Assembly: GCA_951406725.2 (NCBI GenBank)
Contig: OX597827.1
Span: forward strand, 51,584,001-51,648,000
Source: Octopus vulgaris
Lineage: Eukaryota
Direction: 5' to 3'
Length of the DNA stretch: 64,000 bases
The first letter of the stretch is position 1. Every line of letters starts with the position of its first letter. The position numbers were made by a program, and so were the translations under genes. The notes under the pieces are model-generated. The model saw only the letters and a program-made list of their open reading frames with translations, ran no database searches and was not told the DNA's origin. Shown here one piece after another: positions 11,386 through 25,104 of the stretch.

Positions 11386-12239
11386 GTTATACTTACATTA
11401 TATATAGATAAACAAATTTTAAATTGTAACCAATGACTTTTGGCATTATGTGACTTTGGTTGCTTCCGCTGGTTCTGAGACTTATTGTTTCCTCTTTAAG
11501 TTAACACCCTACATGTGATCTGACAATGATAATGTAGACCTAAAACTACTAAATATACTATATTGTAAAGTTGCAGGTGGAAACCTGACAAAATCGAAAA
11601 TGATAAAATTATATCAAATCCTACACAGTATAATGTGTCAAATAATTTTATCTAAATTTCTCTTTCTGTCACTGTATATTATGATTTGTTTTTCTAGTAG
11701 TAACTCTATTTTGCCTTTGACAGATCATGTTTGTATGGGCAATACATGGTCCAGTAATGAGATCAGTAAATTTACTTTGACATTCCCCTTACATATCTGC
11801 ACTTCACTCTACTTGAATAAGGCAAACACACATACCCATGTACATACATGCATACATTAGCTCATCACATATTAACAGCACTTGTTGGTTGCTTGGTGAT
11901 ACTAAAAGAGTTAATACAAGCTATCTTCTATTACTTTTTCTTCCCTCCCTTACTGTCTTCTACTGTAACTAGACCACCTCCTGCATAACTACAATTAACA
12001 ATTCAACCCTGCTATCTTTGCCTCCTACTATTGCTACTCCTACCTTCATTATATGACTATAACTTCTATTTCCTATGTAGATGTCGTTTTCATTTGGAGA
12101 TGGGCTTGGAATATAATGACTATCAAGGGTATCTTGTGCCACAGATTGCTGCTTGCAGGAGATATATTCTCTCATTCATTATGTATATACATGCACACAT
12201 GAGTCTAAGAATATATATATATATTTATATGTATACATC

Positions 12240-12240
<1 letters not shown>

Positions 12241-12314
<74 letters not shown>

Positions 12315-12316
12315 TT
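12241..12316. repeat. (TGTC)n(TC)n microsatellite
   Basis: Read directly from the sequence. Confidence 0.95.
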
Positions 12317-12989
12317 CCCATACACATATACATATTTAATCATAGGTAAAAAAAACAATTTACATAACTGTTAAGTTCACTTAAGTCCCCATAGATTTAT
12401 GCTCATCAGATATGCCTGCTCAGATCTGAAATGGCACATTTGATGACTGTAGGTCACAGGACAGTTAAGAGGAGCTATTAGTTTTGTAATCTGCTCTGTT
12501 CATATATTTTTATAAAAAAATGGAGAAAACATATTTATTCTCACCATTTTATATATTGAATAATCTTTCTCTTTTGGCATATGAACCACACCCAATTACA
12601 TTTTTATATACCATTGTCATCATCATCATCATCATCATTTAATGTTTGTTTTCCATGTTGGCACAAGTCAGAAGGTCTGACATGATCCAAAAGCTGCAGA
12701 GTCCTCATCAGAATCCAGTGTCTGTTTGGCATGATTTTTATGGCTAGACATCCTTCCTAATGCCAACCACTTTACTGTGTGTGTTGCTAAGGAAAGTTGC
12801 CAAGTGACATGCAAGACAATGAAAAGAAAAGAAAGTAAAAGGAAAAAGCTCCTCCAACTGAATAAGATTGTATTTGAGAGAGGGGCTGGTGGCTTTATAT
12901 CAGGTGTTGAAGGCCTAAGTATGATAGAGTGACAAGTAGAGGTGCTTTAGAGGAGATATATGACTACCCCCCCTCACACCCTTGTGTAT

Positions 12990-14610
12990 TATATGTAGAT
13001 AGCTTCATAACAAATGACACCAACTTCATTATCTTGGCTGGGCAGCATCATGATGACTACTCCAGAGTACGTAGAGACTATTGCTATGGTTCTAGAAAAA
13101 AATGCTTCTAGATATTTATGAGGCAAATGAACAAACCATGAATTTTAGGAAACTAATCAGTGTACATAACACAGAGAGAAGCTGAATGGAAGATAATAAC
13201 CAGTGTTCTATGATGAAGGGATCAGAAGTGTGAGGTGTTCTGGATTGCAAAACAGTGTATCATTGGAGAAAAATGTGTTTGAAATGATTTACTCATACTG
13301 ACGCTGAGAAGAAAGAGGCTTATAAATATGTCTACGAGAGGCTATTGTGGAAAATTTATGGGAAGAAGAGGGATTTCTACAGGTGTATCAAACCCATAGA
13401 CCAAGTTATGAAAGAAACTGAACGAATATGAACACAATTTATTAAGAGAATCAGTTTAGATGAGATGCAATTTAGATTTGTGTTTGGCCATTCCACTACC
13501 AGTTCTGTTTTCATAATGAGACAACTGCAAGTGAAGTTTTTAGCTAAGAGTATACTCCTCAACCTAGCATTTATTAATCTGGAGTAGGCCCTGACCTATG
13601 ATTTGGTGGTCTTCAAGTGTAGAAGAATGATTTGTGAGAGTGATGTCAGTCATGTACATAGAGGAAGTTGGTAAAGTGAGAGTTAGCAATGAGTTCAGTG
13701 TGGAAATAAGTGACTGGATAGGTATTCCTCATAATTTGGTTACCAGAGAGAGAAGGAGATAAATGGTGGCAAGATTCAGTGATGAAACTTCAAGTGTGGA
13801 AATAAAACCTAGAATTGAGAAGCCTTAATTCTAGGTTTTGAGAAACCTCATAGTAGACTGAAGTTTTAGTATGTCGGAAAGACCCTGCAGACATCCAAGA
13901 GATGATTGTTTTCAAAATGCAGAAAAGGAGTTGGTGGTAAGTTTGTATGGTGTATCCATGTGAATGAGGAGGGGCAAGGTGTGTATTAGGATTGTAAGTA
14001 GACTATCAGAGGGGGAAAAGACTTTATGCATAGTAGATGAAGCAGTCAGAGCACAATAAAATAAATTCCATTCATTGCTTGGTAGGTTCTATAGAAATAG
14101 CTGAAGATGCTCTGAAAGTATAATAGCTAGAATATTGAGGGTGGAAAACGTTCTGAAGGTTATCACTGCTATAGGCAGTAAAGGGAATCACTTGCAAATG
14201 GTAGATTGTATGATGCTTGTGTATGAAGTGTAATGTTGCATGGTAAAGACACACAAGCACTGAATACAGAGAATGCATGAAGTTTGGAAAGAAACAAAGT
14301 GATTTTGTTCTGCGGAGTGCATTATGTTAGCATGCATGAACAATAAGACACAGAGGAGCTAAGAGGAAAAACTGGGTACAAGAGGAATGAGGTGTTATGC
14401 ATAAGAGAGATGACTGTATTGGTACAGGAAGGGTGTCTGTTGGGGAAAAGATGTACTGTGAAATCCAAGTGGAATGGAATTGAGGAAGAAGAAAATTGAA
14501 GGAAATATGAGCAGCATGGTGGAAGTTGATTTCAGTGGTTGTTGAACCTCACAAAGGAAATGACAAAAGAATGCAACAAGTGGCATGATACTATATTGGA
14601 GCAGAATCAA
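12990..14610 (+). mobile_element. Highly decayed RTE-like LINE
   Basis: Remnants resembling RT motifs (EMQFRF..., AFINLE) and the C-terminal WY/GRxK region; many stops and indels. Confidence 0.55.
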
Positions 14611-17600
14611 CCAATTCAGTTTTCATTTTCACATTTCTTTTTTTTTTTTTTAAATATTTATGACTATACATTGTCACACTGAGAAAATTTAGGAATGAAG
14701 CAAAGTAATTATATATATGCTAGAGTGTTGCCTATTGGGATGTATAATGTTAGGAATATGATTTTTCCACTGTGGGTAACAGCATGCAATGTTAGGTACA
14801 ATAATCATATTTTTACTTTGGTCAAATTTCATGATGTTTGTAATGAAATCAATACTAATTTTCAAAATAAGAAATTATTAAATTAAAATAAAATAAATTT
14901 CTTATTAATAAATTTGCTGTAAGAATACAAAATCAATAACATTAAACTACTTAACTATCAATTCATTGCAGATGTAACATATTGGTTAATTCCATACAAG
15001 ACAGTTTGAATTGTTTGTGTGACCAAGAAATCAATATTGAGCATTCTTACTAACATTATTCATTATATGATAGTCAACACTCTAACACAGTGAATTATGA
15101 ATACCCTGTTTAACCTCTAAGTTTTCTCAACACAACAAAGAATAATTATAATTATTTTTTTTTTAATGAGAAAAAACGAACATTTTTAATTCCTCTCTTC
15201 AATACAATATGTATTATTTCCTTTTCTTTGACAAGTAGTGGAGAAACAGAGAAACAGTATAGGGTTGGAGTAACTTAACACATTTAGTTTTGTACCTATA
15301 TCTTCTGAGTTCAAATTCTACCAGATTCAATTTTACTTTCATCTCTCCAAGGGAGATCAAATGTATGGTAAGCTACAAACAATTGAAGTGATTGAGACTT
15401 TTCCTCTGCCAATGTACAGAAATTATTAGTTTTCTCTTTATTTTCTTTCTCCTTCTCTTTATCTCTTTTCCAGATAATCCTACAAATTCCAGACTGTTTG
15501 AACATACTTCTTTGACCAAGATATCAAACCACATGCACAATCCAAATTCCAATTACAAAATGATTGTTATTACAGAACACTGATGAAATACCAGCTGCAT
15601 TCAATAATTTGTAAATCAATATCAGTTTCCTGCCATTTTACATTCATTTTGAGAAAGTTGTTGCTTATTGACAGATTTTGAATAATTTTCACAATTATGT
15701 TTGATAGAAAAACAACTCACTAGCATTAACTGATAAACTTTAATAAACTGCTGACCATAGGTAAATTGATCAATAGAGAGTAATAATGATATTTTAATGA
15801 TTATTGATGAATATCATTCAGTTATCATCGGGGAATTATCTCTAATTATGGAACACATATATTGGTAACAAATACTGGCTGATAGGTAGAAAACTGAAAG
15901 TCATTGACAGATAACCCTCAGATGATTTGAAGAAAATAGATATGAAATTGTCAAAAAACAGCTGGTATTCTAAGAGTTAAGGAATTCTTTAAAAAGTTGA
16001 GAATGCATTTTTTTTAGTCAATTCATTCAACTTTATTTGATATTGTGTGATATCTTGCATAAACTATAGAACAGTATTTAATGTCAATTCTTAGAGATAT
16101 GATTTACAACCCACTTGAATAATGAATGAGTTAATCAGCCTATATTTTATTCATATACAGCAATGTTAAAATGTAAATTACATGAGCCTATTGACCTGGA
16201 TTGTAATTTTAATTCACTTTTAATTAAATTCACAGCCAATTTTCTTGAAAAAAGCATGAACATAACACAAAATGCTTGTTCTATAAACATATAGTTTTAT
16301 ACCCATTGCAAGAAATCAGTCAGTGCATTTCATATGCCAAAAATACTGCTGAGGTACAGAACAAGTAACTGCCATCCACAATCCACTTTTGATTCCTGTT
16401 TGCTGTGCTTTCACTTACATTGCAAGTGTTGTTGAGAAAGACATAAACATGATAAATTCTTATTTATTTTCCCCTACAAAGCTCAAGCTTATCTTTTAAT
16501 ATATTTCATATGTATTTTTTTTTTTGTATTCATATGTACTTCCTATTTAAAGTTTTCCTGGAATTCCAAATGAGTTTCACCAAACATACCTTATACTCCT
16601 CCATCTTCATGATAGTGTGTCTCTGGTACTCGTTTTCTTGTAGAAGTATTGTCCTTACAACAATAAAATACTGACATTCAAAGACCATAATGAACAAATT
16701 TTTTTTTGTGATATTTGGCTTCTTCAATTCCAAATAAAGTGTCAACAGAATGAATGTATAAATTAATTCATAACAATTTAATAGGTTAAAACAAAAAAAA
16801 AATTCATAAATAAATTAAACTGAGATAACTTCTTGAAGTATCTCACTCCTGAGTTTCCTTATTTCTTAAACATTAACCTAGACTTGTTTCTTTCTAAAAT
16901 AATTCCCAAAACTAATTCAATTTTACTTGGTCTAACCAACTGGTTATCATTCTTTTGCTTGGAATAGCATCTTTGGTTTCATATTTCCTCCTTGGACATT
17001 TTGATCCTGTTTTTAGTTTTTTCATTTATATTTTTTTATTACTATAATGCACTTTGTGCAGTACTTTTTTTTATTTGGGATAACCCTCTATTAGCTCCGA
17101 TTTTTCTTTCCTTGAATAATTTCTTAAATTTTACCCATTTTCTTTGTAAAACATTGCACCAAACCTATATCCTCTCTGAATCAAAAAAATCAATAATGGT
17201 AATTTGAGCAAAATATGTTATTACTATTGATCAAAAACTCTTTAGCTGAAGAACATGTTTTTATTTACATCTAATTTTTGTCTCATTGTACTTATATTTG
17301 CCATGTGTATGATCATTTTTGTGTATGAGGAACATGATAATAGTATATAAGGAGAAGAAAAAAGAAAGGAAACAATTTCTATATTTTGACTTCAATGCTA
17401 AAAAGATAGATTAAATTTACTTTCAATGTAAAAGAAGAAAAAAGTAAGAAACTAAAAACCCCATCAAAATCTTAAAATAAATATCTCATCAAAAGTACTA
17501 CAAAAACAACAATAAACTGTTAAAAACCAATCAATCACTCAATTGATGAAATAATTATTTACTTGATCAACTACAACACTTACTCATCCCTTATATAAAA

Positions 17601-17692
17601 CGGTAAATTCATTCTGAATAAGATGATAAAAAATAAAATCATTTTTCATTCAGATTTAATTTGAAAATCAGATATCTCAGTCTATTGTGAAG

Positions 17693-19396
17693 ATGTATCC
17701 TGTACAAACCATGTATACAATGGGAAATCAGTTTAACTTTGAAATTTATGGTCCAACATCCCTTTATTCATCTTTAACTTCAAAAGAAGGCCCATCTAAT
17801 GGGAAGTGCCAACAGAAGAGTGCTTTAGGTATACCCTGTGGTTCATCAGGGACTTCCTCAGTTACAAATAGCACTAAAAAACCTTACAAGTGTGACGTTT
17901 GTAGAAAGGGATTTTCAAGACAGGTCAATTTGTCCAATCATGAGGCGATACCTGCTGACGATAAGCATTTCTATTGCCAATATTGCAAAAAAGCATTTTC
18001 GCAACGAGCACATTTACGCACCCATGAATTTACCCACATGGCTGAGAAACCTTTTAGCTGTACTTTTTGCAGTAAAACTTTTGCTCAGAGGACAAATTTT
18101 GATAACCACCGAAGAATTCATACTGGAGAAAGACCTTACCATTGCTCTTTTTGTGAAAAATCCTTTAGTCAACGTACCAATTTGGACAACCACGAACGAA
18201 CTCATACAGGAATTAAACCATATGTTTGTTCAGTGTGTAAAAAATGTTTTTCTCAGATCACAAACTTGAAATATCACGAACGGATTCATACAGGGGTAAA
18301 ACCATATCATTGTGCCTTCTGTGAAAAGTCGTTCACTCAACAAACAGAACTTAAAAACCATGAACGTACACATACAGGCGAAAAACCTTTTCATTGTACA
18401 CTCTGTGATAAATCTTTTACCCAGAGAACGAACTTAATTAATCATAGGCGTATACACACTGGGGAAAAACCATTTCAGTGTGGCTTTTGTGATAAATCTT
18501 TTGCTCAGCGCACAAATTTGGATAACCATAAGCGCACACATACAGGAGAAAAACCATTCCATTGTTCCTTCTGTGAAAAATCATTTGCTCAACGAACAAA
18601 TCTGGATAATCACCGAAGAACACACACTGGGGAAAAGCCATTCAATTGCAATTATTGTGGGAAAGGTTTTGCACAGCGTACAAACCTTGACAACCACAGA
18701 CGAATACATACGGGGGAACAACCCTTAAGCTGTAACTATTGTGGGAAAACATTCGCCCAGAAAACAAACTTGGACAACCATCATAGAATTCACACAGGAG
18801 AAAAACCATTTACTTGCGAAGTGTGTGGAAAATCTTTTTCCCAGCGTGCCATCTTAGATAACCACAGAAAAATTCATAAAGTCAAATTACTTCAGTCATG
18901 TAAGTCATTCGACCAGAGAAATGAGAGTGAAATAGAAGCTGCTAGAATAGAAGTGAACAACAGGACATCAAATGAAGAGGGTAAATGCAATCAGTCAGGA
19001 AGTAACCAACAACAAAATACACCTGGAATGCAGCCATTCAATACAGCTGATATTGCTCGCCGAAAATCAGCGTTTCCTCAGCGATTAGATGCAAAGAGCT
19101 ATAACCAACACAACCCTGTAGTATCAAATAACAGTGAATCTTTTTTAAGGGATTCTCAGCTAACACAGTCTATACCAAGCCATCGTATGCAGTCTTCTTC
19201 ATTATCAACCAGCTGGATGAATTCTCAGTTTCTACACCAAATGCCACAGACATGGGAAAATAATTATGGCTGGCCCAGAGGTTTTCCCATGACTTCTTTG
19301 TGGAACTCGGGTTGGACAAATACACCAAGTACACTCTCTTGTGCAATGAGACAAAACAAACCAGGAATTGAAATGGAGTTACACCAGAGAACTTGA
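17693..19396 (+). CDS. C2H2 zinc-finger protein (11 canonical fingers + 1 degenerate N-terminal finger; Q/S/N-rich C-terminal tail)
   Basis: Open ORF with CxxC-x12-HxxxH units and TGEKP linkers; first ATG at 17693; probable splice acceptor tttttcattcag ending at 17653. Confidence 0.95.
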   Translation: MYPVQTMYTMGNQFNFEIYGPTSLYSSLTSKEGPSNGKCQQKSALGIPCGSSGTSSVTNSTKKPYKCDVCRKGFSRQVNLSNHEAIPADDKHFYCQYCKKAFSQRAHLRTHEFTHMAEKPFSCTFCSKTFAQRTNFDNHRRIHTGERPYHCSFCEKSFSQRTNLDNHERTHTGIKPYVCSVCKKCFSQITNLKYHERIHTGVKPYHCAFCEKSFTQQTELKNHERTHTGEKPFHCTLCDKSFTQRTNLINHRRIHTGEKPFQCGFCDKSFAQRTNLDNHKRTHTGEKPFHCSFCEKSFAQRTNLDNHRRTHTGEKPFNCNYCGKGFAQRTNLDNHRRIHTGEQPLSCNYCGKTFAQKTNLDNHHRIHTGEKPFTCEVCGKSFSQRAILDNHRKIHKVKLLQSCKSFDQRNESEIEAARIEVNNRTSNEEGKCNQSGSNQQQNTPGMQPFNTADIARRKSAFPQRLDAKSYNQHNPVVSNNSESFLRDSQLTQSIPSHRMQSSSLSTSWMNSQFLHQMPQTWENNYGWPRGFPMTSLWNSGWTNTPSTLSCAMRQNKPGIEMELHQRT

Positions 19397-19569
19397 TAAC
19401 ATTTTATAAGACTGGTTAAATGTGGAGGAATCATGTTTGATTTTTTTATTTGTTTGTTTCATAGTTTTCTAGGTGATTTGTTGGAGGACAGTGCTTTCTG
19501 TAGAAGTTGTATACATTAGCTCTTTCTTTTTCTCTCACATACATACATATATACATACATGCATACATG

Positions 19570-19570
19570 C

Positions 19571-19667
<97 letters not shown>
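19570..19667. repeat. (TA)n(TG)n(TA)n microsatellite in putative 3' UTR
   Basis: Read directly from the sequence. Confidence 0.95.
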
Positions 19668-19668
<1 letters not shown>

Positions 19669-20449
19669 TTACTTAGGTCACATCCAGCAGTTTTTCAGAA
19701 AATGGCAAACAGCTGTAAAAGAAGAGAAAGACAAAGACCACATTCACAAAATTACTGTATAAATCAATCCTTGGCTTGCAGCCTTAGCTGCAGATCTGGT
19801 ATATAAAGATTGTTGTTTCTTGTATGGGTGTTATATGTGGATTTTCTATGAGCTTTTTCATCCAGGTCTTATGAAAGTTTTGTTATCCACTTCTTAATCC
19901 TTGTGACACTTGGTGTCCTGTTGTCAGCAACTGCTTCTCCTATAACAGGATAATATTGATTGCTTTCATATCACATTTGTATGCCTCTTTCTATTGCAGG
20001 TGTAGGTAATCTTTGCCTCTCAATCCAGATAACAGTTAATAATATAGCAGTGCTTCTATAATATAATATAACATGTACAATAAATATATATATATTATAT
20101 ATTGCATTTACATATTTACCTATATATATATATATATATATATAGTTCAAATTTATAGAAAACGAAAGATGAAGACAGGTATAAGAACAACAAACAGGTG
20201 TATTAGTTTAATGCTCAAGAAGGTGGAAAAGTCATTTACATTTTGAGCCTACACTCTTTGGCGGAAAGATTTAATAGGAGAATAAAACTAGAAAGAGAAT
20301 GAAAAAATACTGGGAGAGAATTAATGGCCTTGCAAACACAGTATCTTTATTGTGAACGTTAGTGTATGCACACACACACACACACACACACATGCATGCA
20401 AACACACACACACACGCACACAGAATCCAGTGTTTTTGTGAGGATAAAG

Positions 20450-20480
<31 letters not shown>

Positions 20481-20482
<2 letters not shown>

Positions 20483-20772
20483 CGGAGTTGTATTCGCATA
20501 GCAAGTAATTTGATCTGAGATTTGTGCTGAAACGAAAACAATTGCAGCGTGGAAGGTGTTTATAAGCCATTTAAGAAACACACAAAAGCCGTTCGATTCA
20601 CTTCAACATTTAATAATTTGTCAAAATATTTTTGTCGCAAATATCATGACAAAAATCCGTATGCATCTGAGAAAGTATCTCAGATGCAGCATATTTTGTC
20701 AGTGAACATATAAATGTTGAAGTGAATCGAACGGCTTTGTGTGTTTCTTAAATGGCTTATACTTTCCACGCT
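20481..20772. mobile_element. Fold-back Penelope-like terminal repeat, same family as 9141-9406
   Basis: Shares GGAAGGTGTTTATAAGCCATTTAAGAAACACACAAAA..GATTCACTTCAACATTTA in both orientations; internal hairpin TGCATCTGAGA/TCTCAGATGCA. Confidence 0.7.
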
Positions 20773-21062
20773 ATATATATATATATATATAAATCAAAAT
20801 AAGCAACAAGGATATCCAGAGGTAATGCAATACAATCGTTTTAAGCAATTCCATTTAATTGAATGATGCAATCATTACATTGATTTAAATGTAGAGCAAC
20901 CTCAGCTGCATAAAGACATAGAATTTAATTAAATTAAAACAGATGGACACATTAGTATAATTTTACCTAAAATCTCCAAGAAGGCAAGGAGATAGACAAA
21001 GAACATGCTGTCTTCACTTCAGCTTAGAAGCTACTCATATATAAGATATGCTCAATACTATA

Positions 21063-21275
21063 TCATCATCGTTTAATGTCCACTTTCCATGCTAGCATGG
21101 GTTGGACGATTTGACTGAGGTTTGGCGAACTAATGGTTGCACAAGACTCCAATCTGATCTGGCAGAGTTTCTACAGCTGGATACCCTTCCTAAGGCCAAC
21201 CACTCCAAGAGTGAAGTCAGTATTTTTTCATGCCACTGGCACGAGGGCCAGTCAGGTGGTACTGGGAATGGCAGT
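21063..21275 (-). mobile_element. Retroposon family C
   Basis: Reverse complement of the 3' part of 7462-7866. Confidence 0.8.
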
Positions 21276-21621
<346 letters not shown>

Positions 21622-21625
<4 letters not shown>

Positions 21626-22347
21626 TGAGAAAAAGGAGGCAGTCAGAATTTGGGATAAATCTTTATTTGCACTTTTGTTTGTTTATTGAACTCAAGACAA
21701 AATCAAAATTCAAAATGATAAAAACAGAACGTTTCCTTGTTCATTTAAATGAATCAGATGTTTTTGGTTAGAGAAATATTTTGGTTTTTCTGGTAAAAGG
21801 GGGTAAGTGAGAAAGGAAAGCAAAGGGGAGAGAGGAAAATAGACACAGAGAGGTTTCAGGACAATAGATAGATAGAGAGAGAGAGAGAGAAGTTTCTTTT
21901 TGAATTTGATGTGATCAACCCATTGAAATTTCATTACAAAGCATTTTTCTTTTTTCTGTCTTTTTTCTCTCCTCCTCTTTCCCTTCTCATTGTATACTTA
22001 TGTTTTGTAATGAAATTGAAAAGAAACCTCAACTCTCTCTATCTCTATCTATCTATCAATCCTTTACTTTTTTTCCTCTTTCTTGATTGTCCTGAAATCT
22101 CTCTTTATTTTTCTCCCCCCTCTTTGCTTTTCTTTCTCTCTTACCCACTTTTCCCCCCCCAAAAAAAGAAACTAAAATATTCTTCCCATTTTCTAAGCAA
22201 AATAAAAAATCATCTGCTTTATATAAATGAAGAAGAAAATGTTCAGTCTTTATCATTTTGATTCTGTCTTCATGAGCTTGATAAATGAATGAAAGTGCTA
22301 ATAAAGATTTATCCAAAATTCTGACTGCCTCCTTTTTCTCAATATAC
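21622..22347. repeat. Diverged long inverted repeat (~21622-21945 / ~21995-22347)
   Basis: TATTGAGAAAAAGGAGGCAGTCAGAATTT..GATAAATCTTTATT is mirrored by AATAAAGATTTATCCAAAATTCTGACTGCCTCCTTTTTCTCAATA; the paralogous small ORFs on opposite strands reflect this. Confidence 0.85.
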
Positions 22348-22406
22348 AATATCTGTATACCACTTCAAACACCCTATACACACACACATATATGTATGTA
22401 TGTATG

Positions 22407-22435
<29 letters not shown>

Positions 22436-22441
<6 letters not shown>

Positions 22442-23402
22442 ATATTTCGGAATGGTCATTTTGCCAGTTTAGCCAATAAAAACACACTTACTATATATTT
22501 GGTGTTACTTTGCTTCAGTGTTATTTATTTTTTACATTAATCTTAATCTTATTTCGGTCAGAGTTCTTTCGTCACACTACTGTGACCACATCAGTGGTCC
22601 TTTGTTTTCTTCTTTCTTATTTGTGTCTCTCCTTACTAACCGTCAGCCATTTTGTATTTCTATTGTAAGTCTTCATTTGCGCATGCTTATATCTCTATAT
22701 GCATCTATGTTTATTTAGTAGCTTCTGTAATTTGTCTGATTGTTACAACAATCAGACAAATTACAGAAGCTACACACATAATAGAAAATAAACCTAGCCT
22801 GAATAGAAAACTAGAATGGAACACTAGCACACACCACAACATATGATGATAGAGGATCCCGAAAACATAATAAATACACAGATAAATAAACAAATAGAAG
22901 TAAATAACAATATTATTTTTTTTTTTCGATTTATCATTATTACTAGTATTGTTGTTATACACATACATACATACAAGCATATGTAATGATAATAATAAGT
23001 GGATGTAAACACATGAACAAAATAAGAATAAATAAAAACAACAACAACAAAAAACAAATTATATGAACGTATATAAACAGAAGATACAAATATTACAGGC
23101 ATCCCCCCACATACACACACTAAATAAACATAGACGCATATAGAGATATAAGCATGCGCAAATGAAGACATACAATAGAAATACAAAATGGCTGACGGTT
23201 AGTAAGGAGAGGCACAAATAAGAAAGAAGAAAACAAAGGACCACTGATGCGGTCACAGTAGTGTGACGAAAGAACTCTGGCCGAAATAAGATTAAGATTA
23301 ATGTAAAAAATAAATAACACTGAAGCAAAGTAACACCAAATATATAGTGCGTGTGTTTTTATTGGCTAAACTGGCAAAATGACCATTCCGAAATGTAACA
23401 AT
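22436..23402. mobile_element. Young inverted repeat (284-bp arms 22436-22719/23119-23402) with a hammerhead motif in each arm; Penelope-like pseudo-LTR pair
   Basis: About 8 mismatches between the arms by eye; HHR at 23239-23282(+) and 22556-22600(-); perfect 27-bp palindrome at 22718-22773. Confidence 0.8.
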
Positions 23403-23456
23403 ATCTGTTTCAACACACGACTTTACATAAAAAATCTTGCACAACAAATATTTAAA

Positions 23457-23460
<4 letters not shown>

Positions 23461-23542
<82 letters not shown>

Positions 23543-23586
23543 TAGATAGATAGATAGATAAGATAAATAGATAGATAGAAAGATAG
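23461..23586. repeat. (TA)n(GATA)n microsatellite
   Basis: Read directly from the sequence. Confidence 0.95.
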
Positions 23587-24265
23587 ACACACCTGATAAA
23601 AACAGACAAATGGATGATCTGGTATTGCTACAATTGTTTATTTAGAGTCTTTATTGAGGCATAAGCATTGTACATACAGATATGCAACATGCACAACATC
23701 CATAAGTTTATGCAACTTCCAACTCATCGGGCTAACTAATAAACAAGCAAGCAGTGATATGTTGATTTATTGAAATGTGAACATCATACAGTCAGGTATG
23801 CATACTGCATATCTGACTGTACTATGCTTATAAAGACTCTTAGTAAAACAATTGTAACAATACCAGATAACCCATTCATCTCTTTTTATTATGCTTTTAT
23901 GCCATGCTTAAGGATCCATTCATCGTTGGATACTATTGGAGTTGTGGATTACCTAACATTAGTAAACATCTTTTCATCAATACATTCTGTGGTGTGATAA
24001 TGGATTAACTATCTATTTTGCATTATTCTTTCTAACCAATTTGTGGCATGCTTCACTTTGATATGCCTCAATCATTTATGAAATCCCAGTAATTTGCAAT
24101 ACATTTTGTCCATTATTCAACCAGTTCACCGCTCTTTGACTTTAATTTGGCTGCCTGCAGTTTCTGTCAACAAGCGAAAATGATAGCAGTTACAGATAGC
24201 ATTTCTTTTAAGAAATTTGTTGTCAGATTTCTATGTCTATTAAAAAGATATTTTGAGTCCAAACA

Positions 24266-24628
24266 TGGTAAGTAGCTTGCTTTCCAGCTACATGGTTCCG
24301 GGCAAGTGTCTTCTACTATAGCCTTGGGTCGACCAAAGCCTTGTGAGTGTATTTGGTAGATGGAAACTGAAAGAAGCCCATCGTATATATGTATATGTAT
24401 ATATATATGTGTGTCTATGTTTGTGTGTCTGTTCATCGCCCCAACATCGCTTGACAACTGATGCTGGTGTGTTTACGTCCCAGTAACTTAGCGGTTTAGC
24501 AAAAGGAGTCCGATAGAATAAATACTAGGCTTACAAAGAATAAGTCCTGGGGTCGATTCGCTCGACTAAAGGTGGTGCTCCAGTATGGCTGCAGTCAAAT
24601 GACTAAAACAAGTAAAAAAAAGAGTAAA
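24266..24628 (+). mobile_element. SINE family B
   Basis: Homologous to the other family B copies; forms inverted pairs with 24833-25045 and 25548-25765. Confidence 0.85.
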
Positions 24629-24832
24629 AGCGATACAAATGATGTTAATCTAAACAATAATTAATTAATAAGGTAACCACCAGCCATTGTTTTAGACCTA
24701 CTAAAGTCGCTGTGGTTATATTTTGAGAATTTCATACCAATATATTGAGGGGTTACAGAAAAACTTTAACAGAAAATATTTATTCCAGCCAAGATATTTC
24801 AGTAGATTGACAATATAGGCAATGTATATTTT

Positions 24833-25045
24833 TATTCTTTCATTTGTTTCAGTCATTTGACTGTGGCCATGCTGGGGCATTACCTTTAGTCAAACAAATT
24901 GACCCCAGGACTTATTCTTTGTGAGCCCAGTAATTATTCTATCAGTCTCTTTTGCTGAACCGCTAAGTTATGGGGATGTAAACACACCAACATCAGTTGT
25001 CAAGCGATGGTGGGAGGACTAACACAGACACACAAACATATACAT
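24833..25045 (-). mobile_element. SINE family B, 3' half
   Basis: TTTCAGTCATTTGACTGTGGCCATGCTGG...GTCAAGCGATGGTGGG. Confidence 0.85.
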
Positions 25046-25104
25046 AGGGAGAATTCACAAAATATCAAAAGACAAAGACAGGTGGTGTAGACAACAAACA
25101 GATG

